From the NCBI GenBank assembly GCA_021773795.1, contig JAJFJT010000004.1, positions 17,204 through 81,203 on the forward strand: a stretch of 64,000 nt of DNA, in the 5' to 3' direction. Shown piece by piece: positions 47,397 through 58,228 of the stretch (its first letter is position 1; each line of letters begins with the position of its first letter). Below the pieces are notes generated by a model. The model was not told the origin of the DNA. It did not search any database and worked only from the letters and a program-made list of their open reading frames with translations. Position numbers and translations under genes: made by a program. Source of the DNA: Gammaproteobacteria bacterium (lineage in GTDB: Bacteria > Pseudomonadota > Gammaproteobacteria > HK1).

Positions 47397-48803
47397 CTAC
47401 TCGGCCACTATTTCCCCCTCCTCTCTCTGGACATAGTAGACAAAGCGCCGATCGGCATCGTGCTCGAATTCGTGCAGCCGCTGAATCTGTGCTGTGGTCA
47501 GACAGTTGCCCACGGGTAACAATAGTATCCCAGAAGGATTGACCACCTCTCGCATCAACACCATGCCCTCCCGCAAAGATCCGGAGTCAATACGTATTTC
47601 CCCACCGGTGTCCACCTGAAAGCGCCCCTTTTCACTCTCCAGCACCTCCAGGGCCACCACTGCCACCTCGGGATCGTAGAGCTGCCCGCTGTGCTTCTCG
47701 ATCAGTGCGCGCGCTTCCGCCGCCGAGACCGTACGTTCCACCAGGTGACCCACCTGCGCCGCGTCGAAATCATTGGCGACCCGCAGGATACGCGCACCCA
47801 GAGGGATCTTCTCGCCCGCCAGCCGATCCGGATAGCCGGTACCGTTATAGCTCTCGTGGTGCCCACGAATAAGCCTTGCGGTGTCGTGCAGGGGCTCAAG
47901 CGCCAGCAAGACCGCCTCACCCAGCACGGAATGCGCCTCCAGTTGCTTGCGCTCCTTCGAATTCAGGGCTGAAAAGGGCTTTTCTACCACCGGGTCCGGC
48001 AGACCGATCTTGCCCGCGTCGTGGAGTAGGCCCGCATGGTAGATATCCTGGACAAGCTGCGGCTTAAGCTCCATACGTTCAGCAATACAGCGCGCCAGAT
48101 CGGCCACCCGCCGGCCATGCCCCTTGGATGCCCCTTCGCGCATATCCACGAGGTTTGCAAAAACCGGTATCGCAGTCAGATAACTGTCTTTCAACTCCTG
48201 GTGGCTCATGTCCTCGAAGGAAGCACTTTGTGCCGCCTCCTCCCTGCGTGCCACAACCTCCCGCGCAAGACGCTGGTTAAGGGTCTTGAGTTCCTCGTTG
48301 TACTGCGCGATACGCTTTACCAGCCGCCGCCGCTCCAGTTCTGAATAACGCTGTTCCAGCCCTCGTTGCACGGTCGTTACGAGTTCTTCATCGTCCCACG
48401 GCTTGGAGACGTAGCGAGATATATGCCCCTCATTCACTACTCTGATAGTGGCATCCAGATCCGCCTGCCCGGTCAGCAGGATACGGATCATATCGGGCCA
48501 TCTCCGAGCTGCCTGGCTCAGGAATTCAGCCCCATCCATGCCCGGCATGCGCATGTCCGAAATAACCAGGTCCACATTGGATTCGCTCAATATTTCGAGC
48601 GCTTTCTTGCCACTTTCGGCAAGCAGAATCTGATAGCCATGGGGGCGGAAAAGTCGCCGCAAGGCACTCAGGACATTAGGCTCATCATCGACGATCAGTA
48701 GAGTGCCTGGAGAAGCGACCGATTTCCCGGCTCCGGAGCTATTTTTTGAAGTCATTTTCCCCCCCGATTTCCATTGAATAGCAGACACGGGCCAGGATGA
48801 CAT
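47397..48803 (-). CDS. response regulator with HD-GYP phosphodiesterase domain
   Basis: REC domain (LIVDDEPNVL…DMRMPGMDG), HDAGK, and HHESYNGTGYP. The start either overlaps the kinase stop (TGATG) or is the ATG at 48755 after a G-rich RBS. Confidence 0.85.
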   Translation of the reverse strand: MSSWPVSAIQWKSGGKMTSKNSSGAGKSVASPGTLLIVDDEPNVLSALRRLFRPHGYQILLAESGKKALEILSESNVDLVISDMRMPGMDGAEFLSQAARRWPDMIRILLTGQADLDATIRVVNEGHISRYVSKPWDDEELVTTVQRGLEQRYSELERRRLVKRIAQYNEELKTLNQRLAREVVARREEAAQSASFEDMSHQELKDSYLTAIPVFANLVDMREGASKGHGRRVADLARCIAERMELKPQLVQDIYHAGLLHDAGKIGLPDPVVEKPFSALNSKERKQLEAHSVLGEAVLLALEPLHDTARLIRGHHESYNGTGYPDRLAGEKIPLGARILRVANDFDAAQVGHLVERTVSAAEARALIEKHSGQLYDPEVAVVALEVLESEKGRFQVDTGGEIRIDSGSLREGMVLMREVVNPSGILLLPVGNCLTTAQIQRLHEFEHDADRRFVYYVQREEGEIVAE

Positions 48804-50137
48804 CAGCTAGTGGAGCGAAGCTCCTGCTGCGCCACTGGCAACCACACCCGAAAACGCGTCCCCCTGCCCGGTTTGCTATCCACTTCGATGCGGCCACCAT
48901 GGTCGGAAACAATACCATGGGAGAGGGAAAGCCCAAGGCCGGTACCCTGCCCCACCGCCTTGGTGGTGAAAAAGGGGTCGAAAATTTTACCGATTTCATC
49001 GACAGGGATTCCCTTGCCCGTATCTTCCACCTCAACCCAAACCCACTCCGGTTCAACGCCGGTGCGTACGGTAATTGTGCCCGGTTTATCCATCGCCTGA
49101 GCCGCATTGACCAGCAGATTCAGAAAGACCTGATTCAGCCTGGTGGCCCGACATTGAATTTCTGGCAAGGCCCCGAATTCCTTGACCAATTCCGCCTTAT
49201 GCTTGAGTTCGTTGTGAGCGACATTCAAGGTGCTATCCAGACCATCATGAAGATCTGCCCACTGCCACTCGGCATCATCCACGCGGGAGAAGTTTTTCAG
49301 ATCCTGGATAATCCCGGTTACGCGTGTTACCCCCTCCCGGGATTCCCGGCACAAATCACGCGTATCCTCACGCAGAAACTCAAGATCCACGCTGGCCTTA
49401 ACCTCGGCGAGGGTCTCCAGGGTATCCGCATCCATCCCCGTCTCGGCTCGCTGATAAGCCTCCAGCACCCGAAACAAATCTTTCAGATAGTTATCAAGCG
49501 TACCCAGATTGGAATTGATATAGCCTACGGGATTGTTAATTTCATGGGCCACCCCGGCGGCCAGCTGCCCCAGCGAAGCCAGTTTTTCGGATTGCAGTAA
49601 CTGATTCTGTGCCTCACTCAGGCGCTGGTTCAGTTCGTGCAGCTTGGCGTTGCTTGCGCGTAAGGCCTCCTCGGTCTCCTTCAGGCGAGTGATATCTGTA
49701 CGCACGGCCACGTACTGATACGGCTCACCATCAGAACCAACAACCGGTACGATGGTCGACTCGGACCACTGGTACCCACCATCCTTTCTGCGATTGCAAA
49801 GGGTCCCATGCCAAACCTTCCCGGCCTTGACGGTATTCCACAGATCGGCAAAAAATTCAGGTGGATGGATGCCAGAGTTGAGAATCCGGTGATTCGCACC
49901 AATCAATTCCTGGCTCGTATACCCGGTCGCCTCACAAAAACGCTCGTTGGCGTACAAAATGACGCCCTCTGCATCGGCAATGGTCATAATGACATGCTGA
50001 TCGAGCGCGAACATCTGCATTGCCAGTTCAGTGGTCAGCTGCGTCGGCGCGGACTTCTCCGTCGGGGTAGCGCGACGCTCAGTCTCCACGCTGGCCAGAT
50101 TGTTATCAGACATCTTTTGTCTCTCCACCGCTATCAA
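48803..50137 (-). CDS. cytoplasmic PAS-domain histidine kinase (444 aa)
   Basis: PAS domain, H-box AHEINNPVGY, and HATPase N/G boxes (DTGKGIP, GTGLGL). No TM segment. Confidence 0.85.
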   Translation of the reverse strand: MIAVERQKMSDNNLASVETERRATPTEKSAPTQLTTELAMQMFALDQHVIMTIADAEGVILYANERFCEATGYTSQELIGANHRILNSGIHPPEFFADLWNTVKAGKVWHGTLCNRRKDGGYQWSESTIVPVVGSDGEPYQYVAVRTDITRLKETEEALRASNAKLHELNQRLSEAQNQLLQSEKLASLGQLAAGVAHEINNPVGYINSNLGTLDNYLKDLFRVLEAYQRAETGMDADTLETLAEVKASVDLEFLREDTRDLCRESREGVTRVTGIIQDLKNFSRVDDAEWQWADLHDGLDSTLNVAHNELKHKAELVKEFGALPEIQCRATRLNQVFLNLLVNAAQAMDKPGTITVRTGVEPEWVWVEVEDTGKGIPVDEIGKIFDPFFTTKAVGQGTGLGLSLSHGIVSDHGGRIEVDSKPGRGTRFRVWLPVAQQELRSTS

Positions 50138-50297
50138 CTTCCCTTACCTCCGGCATGCCCGGGCGAATACCGAGGGAGCCGCTATAGTTAATAGCGGCAG
50201 GCTGGGGGTATAGCTTGAGTGAAATCCGGTAGTTCGGACGCCAACTGGCTGGCTGAGACTAGACCGGTCCAGAGGAATAGAAAAGCCGGAGCAGGCG

Positions 50298-50912
50298 TCA
50301 GGACCAGATGGTGCGTAACCTAGCTCGGTTGAGCGCAAGCCACTGCAGGGGAATTACCGAGTAACCATTTGATATATGGCCACTTTCAAGCTGTGCAAAG
50401 GCCTCTTTTACTGGTACAACCCGCGCTTTGATATCCTCATCCTCGTGGGCCAGCCCGTGGATACCACCGAGTTCACGGCTATCCACCCGCGCGCAGAACA
50501 TGGCGGCAGTTTCAGTGCAACTGCCCGGGCTCATGAGCACGGTGCCGATAGACTCCATTTCGGTAAGCGTACATCCCGCCTCCTCCATGGCCTCGCGATG
50601 CGCCACTTCCTCGGCACTTTCGCCGGGCTCAATGGTGCCTGCGACAGGCTCGGTAAGCCAAGGTTCCAGACCTGCCGCATAGGCCCCGATACGGAACTGT
50701 TCCACCAGCACCACCGTATCCTGCCACGGGTCGTAGGGGAGTACGATGGCCACATGACCACGCTCGAAAACCTCACGCTGAATGGGGGGTGTCCAGTCCC
50801 CTTCGTGGGTGCGGTGCTCAAGGGTGTACTGCCGTACCTTGAAATAACCTTCGAATGAGGTTGAACGCTTTACGTTACGAACCCGGTGATGTATTGCGGT
50901 AGAGCGATTCAT
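50298..50912 (-). CDS. Nudix hydrolase, ADP-ribose pyrophosphatase-like (204 aa)
   Basis: Nudix box GTIEPGESAEEVAHREAMEEAG. Confidence 0.8.
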   Translation of the reverse strand: MNRSTAIHHRVRNVKRSTSFEGYFKVRQYTLEHRTHEGDWTPPIQREVFERGHVAIVLPYDPWQDTVVLVEQFRIGAYAAGLEPWLTEPVAGTIEPGESAEEVAHREAMEEAGCTLTEMESIGTVLMSPGSCTETAAMFCARVDSRELGGIHGLAHEDEDIKARVVPVKEAFAQLESGHISNGYSVIPLQWLALNRARLRTIWS

Positions 50913-50945
50913 GGGCCGTCTCCCGTAGAAGTCTGAAACGTGCGC

Positions 50946-51638
50946 TTATGCCTCAAGAGCATCCGCCAGAGCAGCTAAATCAGCTACGCTAAGATCCGGC
51001 TCGAAACCCAGTTCTTCCAACACCTTCTCGTGACGATTGACCCAATAGCTCTGCAATCCGAAAACCTTGGCACCCACCACATCATAGGAATTGGCGGATA
51101 CAAATGCAGCCTGCTCCCTGGTGCAATTCAGTGCCCTGAGCCCATGCCGGTAGGCGCGAATCCCGGGCTTGTAGGCCTGAACCGGCTCGGTGCTGATGAT
51201 CTTGCTGAAATATTTCTCCAGGCCGGAATGGGCTAGTGATGCGTGCACGATCTCGTCCGAGGCCATACTGAGAACAGCCAATTTATATTTGTTCGCCAGC
51301 CGCACCAGCCCCTCCTCCACATCGGGGAATGGTGGCAATTGGCGGTCTGCCGCCAGCAGCTTGTCCTGGAGATCGTCCGGCACCAGGATTCCAAGTTTCT
51401 TGCCGGCATAATCCAGCGCCCGCTCCGAGATTTCCGCCCAGTCCCGGAACTCATTCATCAACCCATAGAGCCAGCAATACTCCTTGCTTTTCGCAAACCA
51501 CAGCTCAGCCAACTCCAGCCCGGCAGTACCGTGGGCGGGCAGGGCCTGTTCAAAAAGTGTGGCGACGGATAGTTTGTCAAACAGGGTTCCGTAATGATCG
51601 AAGATCAGAACCTCGATGGGCGCATGGGCTGAGCTCAT
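50946..51638 (-). CDS. HAD-superfamily hydrolase, haloacid dehalogenase type II-like (230 aa)
   Basis: Nucleophile motif IFDHYGTLFD. The remaining HAD motifs are consistent. Confidence 0.7.
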   Translation of the reverse strand: MSSAHAPIEVLIFDHYGTLFDKLSVATLFEQALPAHGTAGLELAELWFAKSKEYCWLYGLMNEFRDWAEISERALDYAGKKLGILVPDDLQDKLLAADRQLPPFPDVEEGLVRLANKYKLAVLSMASDEIVHASLAHSGLEKYFSKIISTEPVQAYKPGIRAYRHGLRALNCTREQAAFVSANSYDVVGAKVFGLQSYWVNRHEKVLEELGFEPDLSVADLAALADALEA

Positions 51639-51680
51639 AAGAAAGACTCCTTAAGTTCCGGGGATTTTCGAGGCTACCAC

Positions 51681-51712
51681 AAAAAAAAGGCTGCCCGAAG
51701 GCAGCCTTTTTT
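51681..51712 (-). terminator. rho-independent terminator downstream of the reductase gene
   Basis: AAAAAAAAGGCTGCC-CGAA-GGCAGCCTTTTTT has runs on both sides. Confidence 0.8.
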
Positions 51713-51737
51713 ACACCCATTTAAAGGGCAAAGGTGA

Positions 51738-52757
51738 CTAGGACAGATCCAGCACCAGCTTCTCGCTACTACAACGCGAAACACAGGGAAGGATATAGTT
51801 CGCCTTTTCCTCGTCACGCAAGACCAGGTCCCTGTGATCAACAATACCCGCCACATACCGGGTCTTGCAGGCACCGCACATGCCGGCGCCACAGGATTTC
51901 TCGACCTTGTGACCATTTTCGATCAACACATCCAGGATGGAGCGATCCGGTGGTACTTCATAGCTTTTGTCGGTACCGGCAATCGCAACCTGGAAACCAA
52001 CGCCAATGGCAAGATCACCAATATGTTCTTCTACCTTGGTGGGCTGACCTGCCTTCGGCACCGGAGGCTCGCTGGCAGGCGGCGCACCAAAGTATTCATA
52101 ATGCACCGTGCCCGAGGGCCAATGGCTGGAAAATTTCTTGATGGCGCCCATTAATCCGGGCGGGCCACAGAAATAGAGGTGAGTTCCTTCCTCTGGATCG
52201 GCAAGCTCTTTTTTGAGATTAATGCCACGCTTGGGATCCCCGCCATCAAGATGGAAAATCACCTTGCCATCAGCCTCAAATTTTTTCAGTTCCTTGCTGA
52301 AAGCTACATTTTTCTTCGCCTTGGCGCAGTAGTGCAGCACAAAGTCGGCGCCGATGTCTTCCAGACGATGCAGCATGCACAGCAAGGGTGTGATGCCAAC
52401 ACCACCAGCAATGAACATACTCTTCTTGGCAGTCTCATCCAGCAGAAAATTGTTGCGCGGTCCGCCAATAGAGACCACTCGGCCCACATGCACGCGTTCA
52501 AATACCGCCATGGACCCGCCACGACCATTGGGCGGGCGAATCTTCAGCACACCGATGCGATAGCGCATGCGATCGGATGACGGGCTGCTGATGGAGTACT
52601 GACGTACCCGACCATCACGGAAATTGATGTCCAGATGGGCGCCAGGAGTGAATTCTGGCAGTTCGCCACCATCTGGATCCACCAATTCGTAGGAGTTGAT
52701 ATCTTCTGCTTCGTAGGTCACTCGCCTCACGAAGAGAGGCATGACTTGCTTAACCAT
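51738..52757 (-). CDS. PDR/VanB-family flavin reductase with C-terminal [2Fe-2S] ferredoxin domain (339 aa)
   Basis: RQYS flavin motif, GGVGITP, and C-terminal CGAGMCGACKTRY…C. Confidence 0.85.
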   Translation of the reverse strand: MVKQVMPLFVRRVTYEAEDINSYELVDPDGGELPEFTPGAHLDINFRDGRVRQYSISSPSSDRMRYRIGVLKIRPPNGRGGSMAVFERVHVGRVVSIGGPRNNFLLDETAKKSMFIAGGVGITPLLCMLHRLEDIGADFVLHYCAKAKKNVAFSKELKKFEADGKVIFHLDGGDPKRGINLKKELADPEEGTHLYFCGPPGLMGAIKKFSSHWPSGTVHYEYFGAPPASEPPVPKAGQPTKVEEHIGDLAIGVGFQVAIAGTDKSYEVPPDRSILDVLIENGHKVEKSCGAGMCGACKTRYVAGIVDHRDLVLRDEEKANYILPCVSRCSSEKLVLDLS

Positions 52758-53059
52758 AACTCTGGAGTCCCCTTAGTATTGTAAGTCTACGGATATGTCC
52801 AAACGCCAGAGCGGTAAAATCCTTTGCCAATCACCGCAGGCATCTGATTGAAAATTGATGTTCCGGGAGCTCATGCATTCCCCGGAGATATTGCCAGACA
52901 ACGCCTTATTCTCTACACAACGGCGTCCAGTACTTGGGGGCCAATGCTTTCATAGCCAGTGAAGTAGCGTCCAATTCAATTATCATATGCAATGCATTGG
53001 AAATATGTATTACCCTTGAAACCCAAGCTGGAAACTTTATCAGGAGTTGGCGCGAGCAC

Positions 53060-53974
53060 GTGAACAGAAATACTAACGATTCTTTTTCGCGCCTGAATTT
53101 CAAGCAGTTGCGTTGTTTCCATACGGTGGCTATCGAGGGCAGCTTCACGCGAGCCGCGCAGACGCTCAATGTCGGTCAGCCGAGCATTACCACCCACGTC
53201 CGCGCTTTGGAGAACTACTATGGCGTCGAGCTATTCGCCCGCCACGGACATAGCGTCCAACTGACCGATATAGGCGGGGAATTACTCAAATTCACCCACC
53301 GGATTTTCTCGCTGGAAAAAGAATCCGTCGATCTCATGCAGGCCGCCAGCAATCGCAAGGTGGGCAGCTTGAAAATTGCGGCCATTGGTCCGCTACAGGT
53401 AACCGATATAGCCCTCGCCTTCGGTCGACTGTATCCGGATGTCGAGTTGTCCATCACTCTGGGCAACTCCCAGCAAGTATTGAGCAACCTGTTGGAACTT
53501 AAATGTGACGTGGGTATCCGCGTACAAGCCAAGGATGATCCGCGCTTCTATTCCATCCCCTTCAGCCGTGACGAAGTCGTCATCCTGGTAAGTCGCCGCC
53601 ATCGCTGGACCGGGCGAAAAATCATAAACATTGAAGAGTTACAGGACCAACGCATGGTTCTGCGGGAGGTCGGCTCTGCCACTCGCGAGGCCTTTGATGA
53701 CGCCATCAGTGCTGCTGGCGTCGAGGTTCGTCAGGTGCTGTCTATTGGAAGCCGTGAGGCAGTGCGCGAGGCAGTTGCTCGCGGGGTGGGCATCGGCATC
53801 GCCCTGGAGGAAGAGCGGGTGCCCGATAAACGCATACACACCCTCAAGGTCGCCAATACCAAAATCTACCTCAATGCGCACGTGTTGTGTTTACAAGAGC
53901 GTCGGCAAGCCCCATTAGTCGATGCTTTTCTGCAGGTAGCAAAAAAGGCCACCCGTCTGTCCTTAGAACAGTAA
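53060..53974 (+). CDS. LysR-family transcriptional regulator (304 aa)
   Basis: HTH FKQLRCFHTVAIEGSFTRAAQTLNVGQPSITTHVRALE. GTG at 53060 after CAGGAG is preferred over the longer ORF-track start. Divergent from the reductase gene. Confidence 0.85.
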   Translation: MNRNTNDSFSRLNFKQLRCFHTVAIEGSFTRAAQTLNVGQPSITTHVRALENYYGVELFARHGHSVQLTDIGGELLKFTHRIFSLEKESVDLMQAASNRKVGSLKIAAIGPLQVTDIALAFGRLYPDVELSITLGNSQQVLSNLLELKCDVGIRVQAKDDPRFYSIPFSRDEVVILVSRRHRWTGRKIINIEELQDQRMVLREVGSATREAFDDAISAAGVEVRQVLSIGSREAVREAVARGVGIGIALEEERVPDKRIHTLKVANTKIYLNAHVLCLQERRQAPLVDAFLQVAKKATRLSLEQ

Positions 53975-54082
53975 TCTTCCTCGGGGCATTGCACAGAAGC
54001 CACCTAGCCTTCTAAAATAGGCACCTTCCTAATCAACCCTGCTTACGTGGTTGCACGTTCTTTTCGTTAGAGGAAAATTAAG

Positions 54083-54946
54083 ATGCCATTGAAGGATATG
54101 CTCGTTCACCTGGACGGCGGCCGCGATGATAATCGCCGCCTTGAGGCTGCTGTAAACCTGGCCAAGGAACACGGTTCCTTCCTTACCGGCCTCTATGTAG
54201 CCCCGGAAGTCCATGGTCGCTCGTATTCCGGACAACTGCTTCAAGGCGCCTCCGCCGCGATGTCAGCGACCGTTGCCAAGGCCGAAAAAGCGCTGCAAAC
54301 GCTGGCCGATGCAGCTGAACGGATTTCGGACGAGGCCCGCGCCAACTTCGAACAGACTGCCACCAAGGCAGGCATCAGCCATGCTTGGCACGACATTGAG
54401 GGAAATCTCTATGACGCCCTCTCCGTCCACGGCCGCTTTTGTGATGTCGCTGTTGTTGGCCAAGGGGGAGAAGCAAAGAAGCGTTTTGGTGAAACCGCCA
54501 CCGAGCACCTGTTACTGTCTGTTGGCCATCCCATCATGCTGATTCCGCGGACCGGTCATTTCCCGATCATTGGCAAACGGATACTTATCGCCTGGGACCG
54601 CAGCCCATTGGCTGCCCGCGCGGTACACAACGCCCGTCCCTTCCTGCGCAGTGCAGATGAAGTCAAGGTTTTGGCCATCAATCTTGAATCCGAGGTTCAC
54701 GGTGGCGTACCTGGCTCTGGTATATGCGAACATCTGTCCCACCATGGCATTAAGGCAAATCCGGAGCATATTGATGTGCGCAATCGGGATCTGTCCGACG
54801 TGCTGCTTTCCAAGGCCACAGAGATGGATGCCGATCTGATCATCATGGGCGCCTATGGTCACTCACGCCTACGTGAGCGGATTTTGGGTGGTGTCACTCA
54901 CAACATCCTTCATCACACGGCTGTTCCGGTGTTGATGAGCCACTAG
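54083..54946 (+). CDS. tandem-domain universal stress protein (287 aa)
   Basis: Two UspA-like halves. C-terminal G-x2-G-x9-G(S/T)-type motif (MGAYGHSRLRERILGGVT). Confidence 0.8.
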   Translation: MPLKDMLVHLDGGRDDNRRLEAAVNLAKEHGSFLTGLYVAPEVHGRSYSGQLLQGASAAMSATVAKAEKALQTLADAAERISDEARANFEQTATKAGISHAWHDIEGNLYDALSVHGRFCDVAVVGQGGEAKKRFGETATEHLLLSVGHPIMLIPRTGHFPIIGKRILIAWDRSPLAARAVHNARPFLRSADEVKVLAINLESEVHGGVPGSGICEHLSHHGIKANPEHIDVRNRDLSDVLLSKATEMDADLIIMGAYGHSRLRERILGGVTHNILHHTAVPVLMSH

Positions 54947-54988
54947 GCATAATATCCAGCAAGGCCCGAAAGGGCCTTGCGATTTAAA

Positions 54989-55021
54989 AGCCGGGCGCAA
55001 AAAGATGTCCGGCTTTTTTTT
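54989..55021. terminator. bidirectional terminator between the usp and MBL genes
   Basis: AAAAGCCGG…CCGGCTTTTTTTT, preceded by a second 9-bp hairpin GCAAGGCCC-GAAA-GGGCCTTGC. Confidence 0.7.
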
Positions 55022-55058
55022 GTGCATCTGGTGGGAAATTCGGGTTAGGGTTCCAGCG

Positions 55059-56426
55059 TTATTCGAGCAGGCACTCCTCTCCATATTCCGGTACCACGCA
55101 CGGCCATTCCAACCCCTCCTCTATCGCGTGCCGTAGAGCATCCGAAGCCTGTGGTTCCCCATGGCTCACAAAGGTAGTCCGTGGTGGCCGCTTAAGGTAG
55201 CTAAGCCAGCTCATTATCTCGTCGTGATCGGCGTGGGCCGAAAGCATGTCCAGATTAATAACCTCCGCACGTACCGGCACATATTCCCCAAAAATTTTCA
55301 CCCGTTCAGCCCCGTCGACCATGGCAGATCCACGCGTACCACCGGCCTGATACCCGGTAAACAGAATGGTGTTGCGACTATCCGGAGCAAAATGCTTGAT
55401 ATGGTGAAGCACCCGACCACCACTCGCCATGCCACTGGCAGAAATAATAACTGTCGGCATGCGTGAATGGTTGAGTCCCTCGGATTCCTCAACATCCCGC
55501 ACGTAATGCGCCACGCCACAGGTAGCCTTTGCTTCGAAAGCATTGAGACGGTGTTCATCGGGATGGGCACAAAAGATTTCGCTGGCATTAATCGCCATCG
55601 GGCTATCGAGAAAGATGGGGAGATTAGGGATTCTTTTTGCGTCTTTCAAACGCCGTAGATGAAAGAGTAATAGCTGGGCACGTCCTACGGCAAAGGCTGG
55701 AATAAGCACCATGCCACCCCGTGAAGCTGTCCGCGTAATGATCTCTGCAAGGATATCTTCCGGATCCTTGGAACCGTGCAGGCGACCCCCGTAGGTTGAC
55801 TCCACCACCAGATAATCGGCATCTCGGATGGGGGTTGGAGGCAACATCAGCGGGCAATCCAGGCGCCCAAGGTCGCCGGAAAATACGAGCTTTCGTCCGC
55901 CTATGTGCAGACTCACCAAGGCAGCACCGAGGATATGTCCGGCCGGATCCAGCCTCACCTCTATGCCCTTATTCAGCCTTTCGGAATGCCCGAACTCAAT
56001 GGGACGGAAGCGTGACAATGCTGCCTCACCTTCCAACTGAGTGTAGAGCGGACGCGCGGGATGGTGCCTGGTATAGCCGTAGCGATTGGCCAATGCGGCA
56101 CCGCGTTCCTGTAAAAAACCGCTGTCCGACAGCAAGATGGCACACAAATCCCGGGTGCCAGAGCTGCACACCACCTCACCAGAAAAACCGTTACGAATCA
56201 GTACCGGCAGGTAACCGGAGTGGTCAAGGTGAGCATGGCTAAGGATGACCACATCAATGGTCGCCGGGTCCACGGGCAACGATGCCCAATTGCGCAGGCG
56301 TAGCTGCTTATAGCCCTGGAATAATCCACAATCCACCAGGATCCGGTAACCATCCACCTCCACCAGATACTTGGAGCCGGTCACCGTACCTACTCCTCCT
56401 AGAAATCTGATCCGCACTTTCATCAT
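55059..56426 (-). CDS. MBL-fold metallo-hydrolase of the beta-CASP (RNA-metabolising) type
   Basis: HAHLDHSG motif and beta-CASP-like C-terminal half. ATGATG start 5 nt after GAGG. Confidence 0.8.
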   Translation of the reverse strand: MMKVRIRFLGGVGTVTGSKYLVEVDGYRILVDCGLFQGYKQLRLRNWASLPVDPATIDVVILSHAHLDHSGYLPVLIRNGFSGEVVCSSGTRDLCAILLSDSGFLQERGAALANRYGYTRHHPARPLYTQLEGEAALSRFRPIEFGHSERLNKGIEVRLDPAGHILGAALVSLHIGGRKLVFSGDLGRLDCPLMLPPTPIRDADYLVVESTYGGRLHGSKDPEDILAEIITRTASRGGMVLIPAFAVGRAQLLLFHLRRLKDAKRIPNLPIFLDSPMAINASEIFCAHPDEHRLNAFEAKATCGVAHYVRDVEESEGLNHSRMPTVIISASGMASGGRVLHHIKHFAPDSRNTILFTGYQAGGTRGSAMVDGAERVKIFGEYVPVRAEVINLDMLSAHADHDEIMSWLSYLKRPPRTTFVSHGEPQASDALRHAIEEGLEWPCVVPEYGEECLLE

Positions 56427-56605
56427 TGCTACCTCGCGAAATTTTGGCCATTCATTTACCCATAGTCTATGCAACGTGAAGGAAATATGGGCATGTGCTG
56501 AATTTAGTGTTATAAATTACGCCAGTGAGCTGTAGCCGGTGGTACTTTCCAAACGCCACCGGATCCACGGAAAATCTTGATTCACACAAGAAAAGGGGAA
56601 CACTC

Positions 56606-57613
56606 ATGCGCCATCTTCACCTCCTTCGAGGCTTTGCTACCTGCCTCTCCCTGGTCATTGCGGCCGGCTTGTTGACCATTCCAACCGCCCAAGCCAAGGA
56701 AATCGTCATCAAGTTCAGCCACGTCACCAGTGGCAAGAAACATCCCAAATATCTGGCCGCCGAGGAGTTTGCCAAGCGTGTGAACGAACGCCTGGCGGGC
56801 AAGGTCCGGGTGGAAGTCTATCCGGGTGGCCAACTCTTCAACGATAAAGCGGTCCTTGTCGAACTCATCAAGGGAAAATCGGTACAGATGGCCGCTCCCT
56901 CACTTTCGAAGTTTGAGGCCATTACCAAGAAATTCCGCATCTTTGACCTGCCCTTCCTGTTTAACGATATCAACGCGGTCAATGCTTTCCAGGGCTCAGC
57001 ACACGGCAAGGCCCTGCTCCGCTCCATGGAGAAAAAGGGTATTCTCGGACTCGCCTATTGGCATAACGGCATGAAGCAGATGTCCGCCAACAAACCGCTA
57101 ATCAAACCTGCTGATGCCAAGGGCCTGAAGTTCCGTGTGCAGCAGTCCGACGTGCTGGTGGCCCAGTTCAAGCAGTTGGATGCCACCCCTCAGAAAATGG
57201 CCTTCAAGGAAGTCTACGGTGCGCTCCAGACGGGTGTCGTCGATGGTCAGGAAAATACCTGGTCCAACATCTACTCAAAGAAGTTTTTTGAGGTCCAGGA
57301 TGGCGTAACCGAGACCGACCACGGTGTTATCGATTACGCAGTTGTCGTTTCCAAGCGCTTTTGGAACGGCTTGCCCAAAGATATCCGGGTGGAACTCAAT
57401 GCCATCATGGCAGAGGTCACCTCTGACCGGAACGGCATGGCCCGCAGCCTGAACTTGGCCAACAGAAAGAAGATTCTGGATTCAGGAAGCACTATTAACA
57501 CCCTGACCAAGGCCCAACGTGAAGCCTGGCGCGCGGCCATGAAGCCGGTCTGGAGCCAGTTTGCTGGCCAGATTGGACACGACCTGCTGAAAGCAGCGCA
57601 AGCTGCAAAATAG
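56606..57613 (+). CDS. dctP: TRAP transporter substrate-binding protein
   Basis: Signal peptide MRHLHLLRGFATCLSLVIAAGLLTIPTAQA. DctP-family sequence. Followed by Q and M subunit genes. Confidence 0.88.
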   Translation: MRHLHLLRGFATCLSLVIAAGLLTIPTAQAKEIVIKFSHVTSGKKHPKYLAAEEFAKRVNERLAGKVRVEVYPGGQLFNDKAVLVELIKGKSVQMAAPSLSKFEAITKKFRIFDLPFLFNDINAVNAFQGSAHGKALLRSMEKKGILGLAYWHNGMKQMSANKPLIKPADAKGLKFRVQQSDVLVAQFKQLDATPQKMAFKEVYGALQTGVVDGQENTWSNIYSKKFFEVQDGVTETDHGVIDYAVVVSKRFWNGLPKDIRVELNAIMAEVTSDRNGMARSLNLANRKKILDSGSTINTLTKAQREAWRAAMKPVWSQFAGQIGHDLLKAAQAAK

Positions 57614-57619
57614 TCATGA

Positions 57620-58228
57620 TTGGCATTCACTCCACTCGTGCCAGGCAGCTGGACCAAGCGGTTGCCTAGGCTTATAGCCTTTCTGCACCGTCTGGAGGAA
57701 GGCACCCTCGCCTTCCTCCTTGCGGCCATGACCTTGGTGACCTTTGGTCAAGTCATGGCCCGTTATCTGTTCAATACCGGCGCCATCTGGGCGCTAGAAC
57801 TCACCTCCTTTCTGTTTGCCTGGCTGGTCATCCTTGGTATGGCCTACGGCGTACGCATCCACTCCCATATTGGCGTCGATGCCTTCATTAAGCTGTTCGA
57901 CAAACCCAAGCAACGCATACTCGGGGTGATCGCCATACTGGCAGGATTGTCATACGCCGTGCTGCTGTTGTACGGCTCATGGGAACAGACCTTTGGCATC
58001 ATCTACGAATATGAAATTGAAGCCGAGGATCTGAAGATCCCGCTCTGGATTCCGCTTAGCGTACTGATCATCGGCTTTTCCACCATGATCGTGCGCCTGT
58101 TACTCATTACCTGGCGTGTCATCATGCTGGGAGAATCTCCAGAACTGATTGCTGATGAAAGTCGTGAGGCCGTAGACCAGTTTGCAGAGCTTGAAGAAGA
58201 GAGCGAACGACAGGAGCCAAAAGCATGA
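57620..58228 (+). CDS. dctQ: TRAP transporter small permease
   Basis: Four hydrophobic helices. 4-nt overlap with dctM. The TTG start is uncertain. Confidence 0.8.
   Translation: MAFTPLVPGSWTKRLPRLIAFLHRLEEGTLAFLLAAMTLVTFGQVMARYLFNTGAIWALELTSFLFAWLVILGMAYGVRIHSHIGVDAFIKLFDKPKQRILGVIAILAGLSYAVLLLYGSWEQTFGIIYEYEIEAEDLKIPLWIPLSVLIIGFSTMIVRLLLITWRVIMLGESPELIADESREAVDQFAELEEESERQEPKA

Noticed and set aside
47260-50137. Whether the genes upstream of dnaE2 could be divergent imuA/imuB.
   Set aside because: They are clearly a REC-HD-GYP regulator and a PAS histidine kinase.
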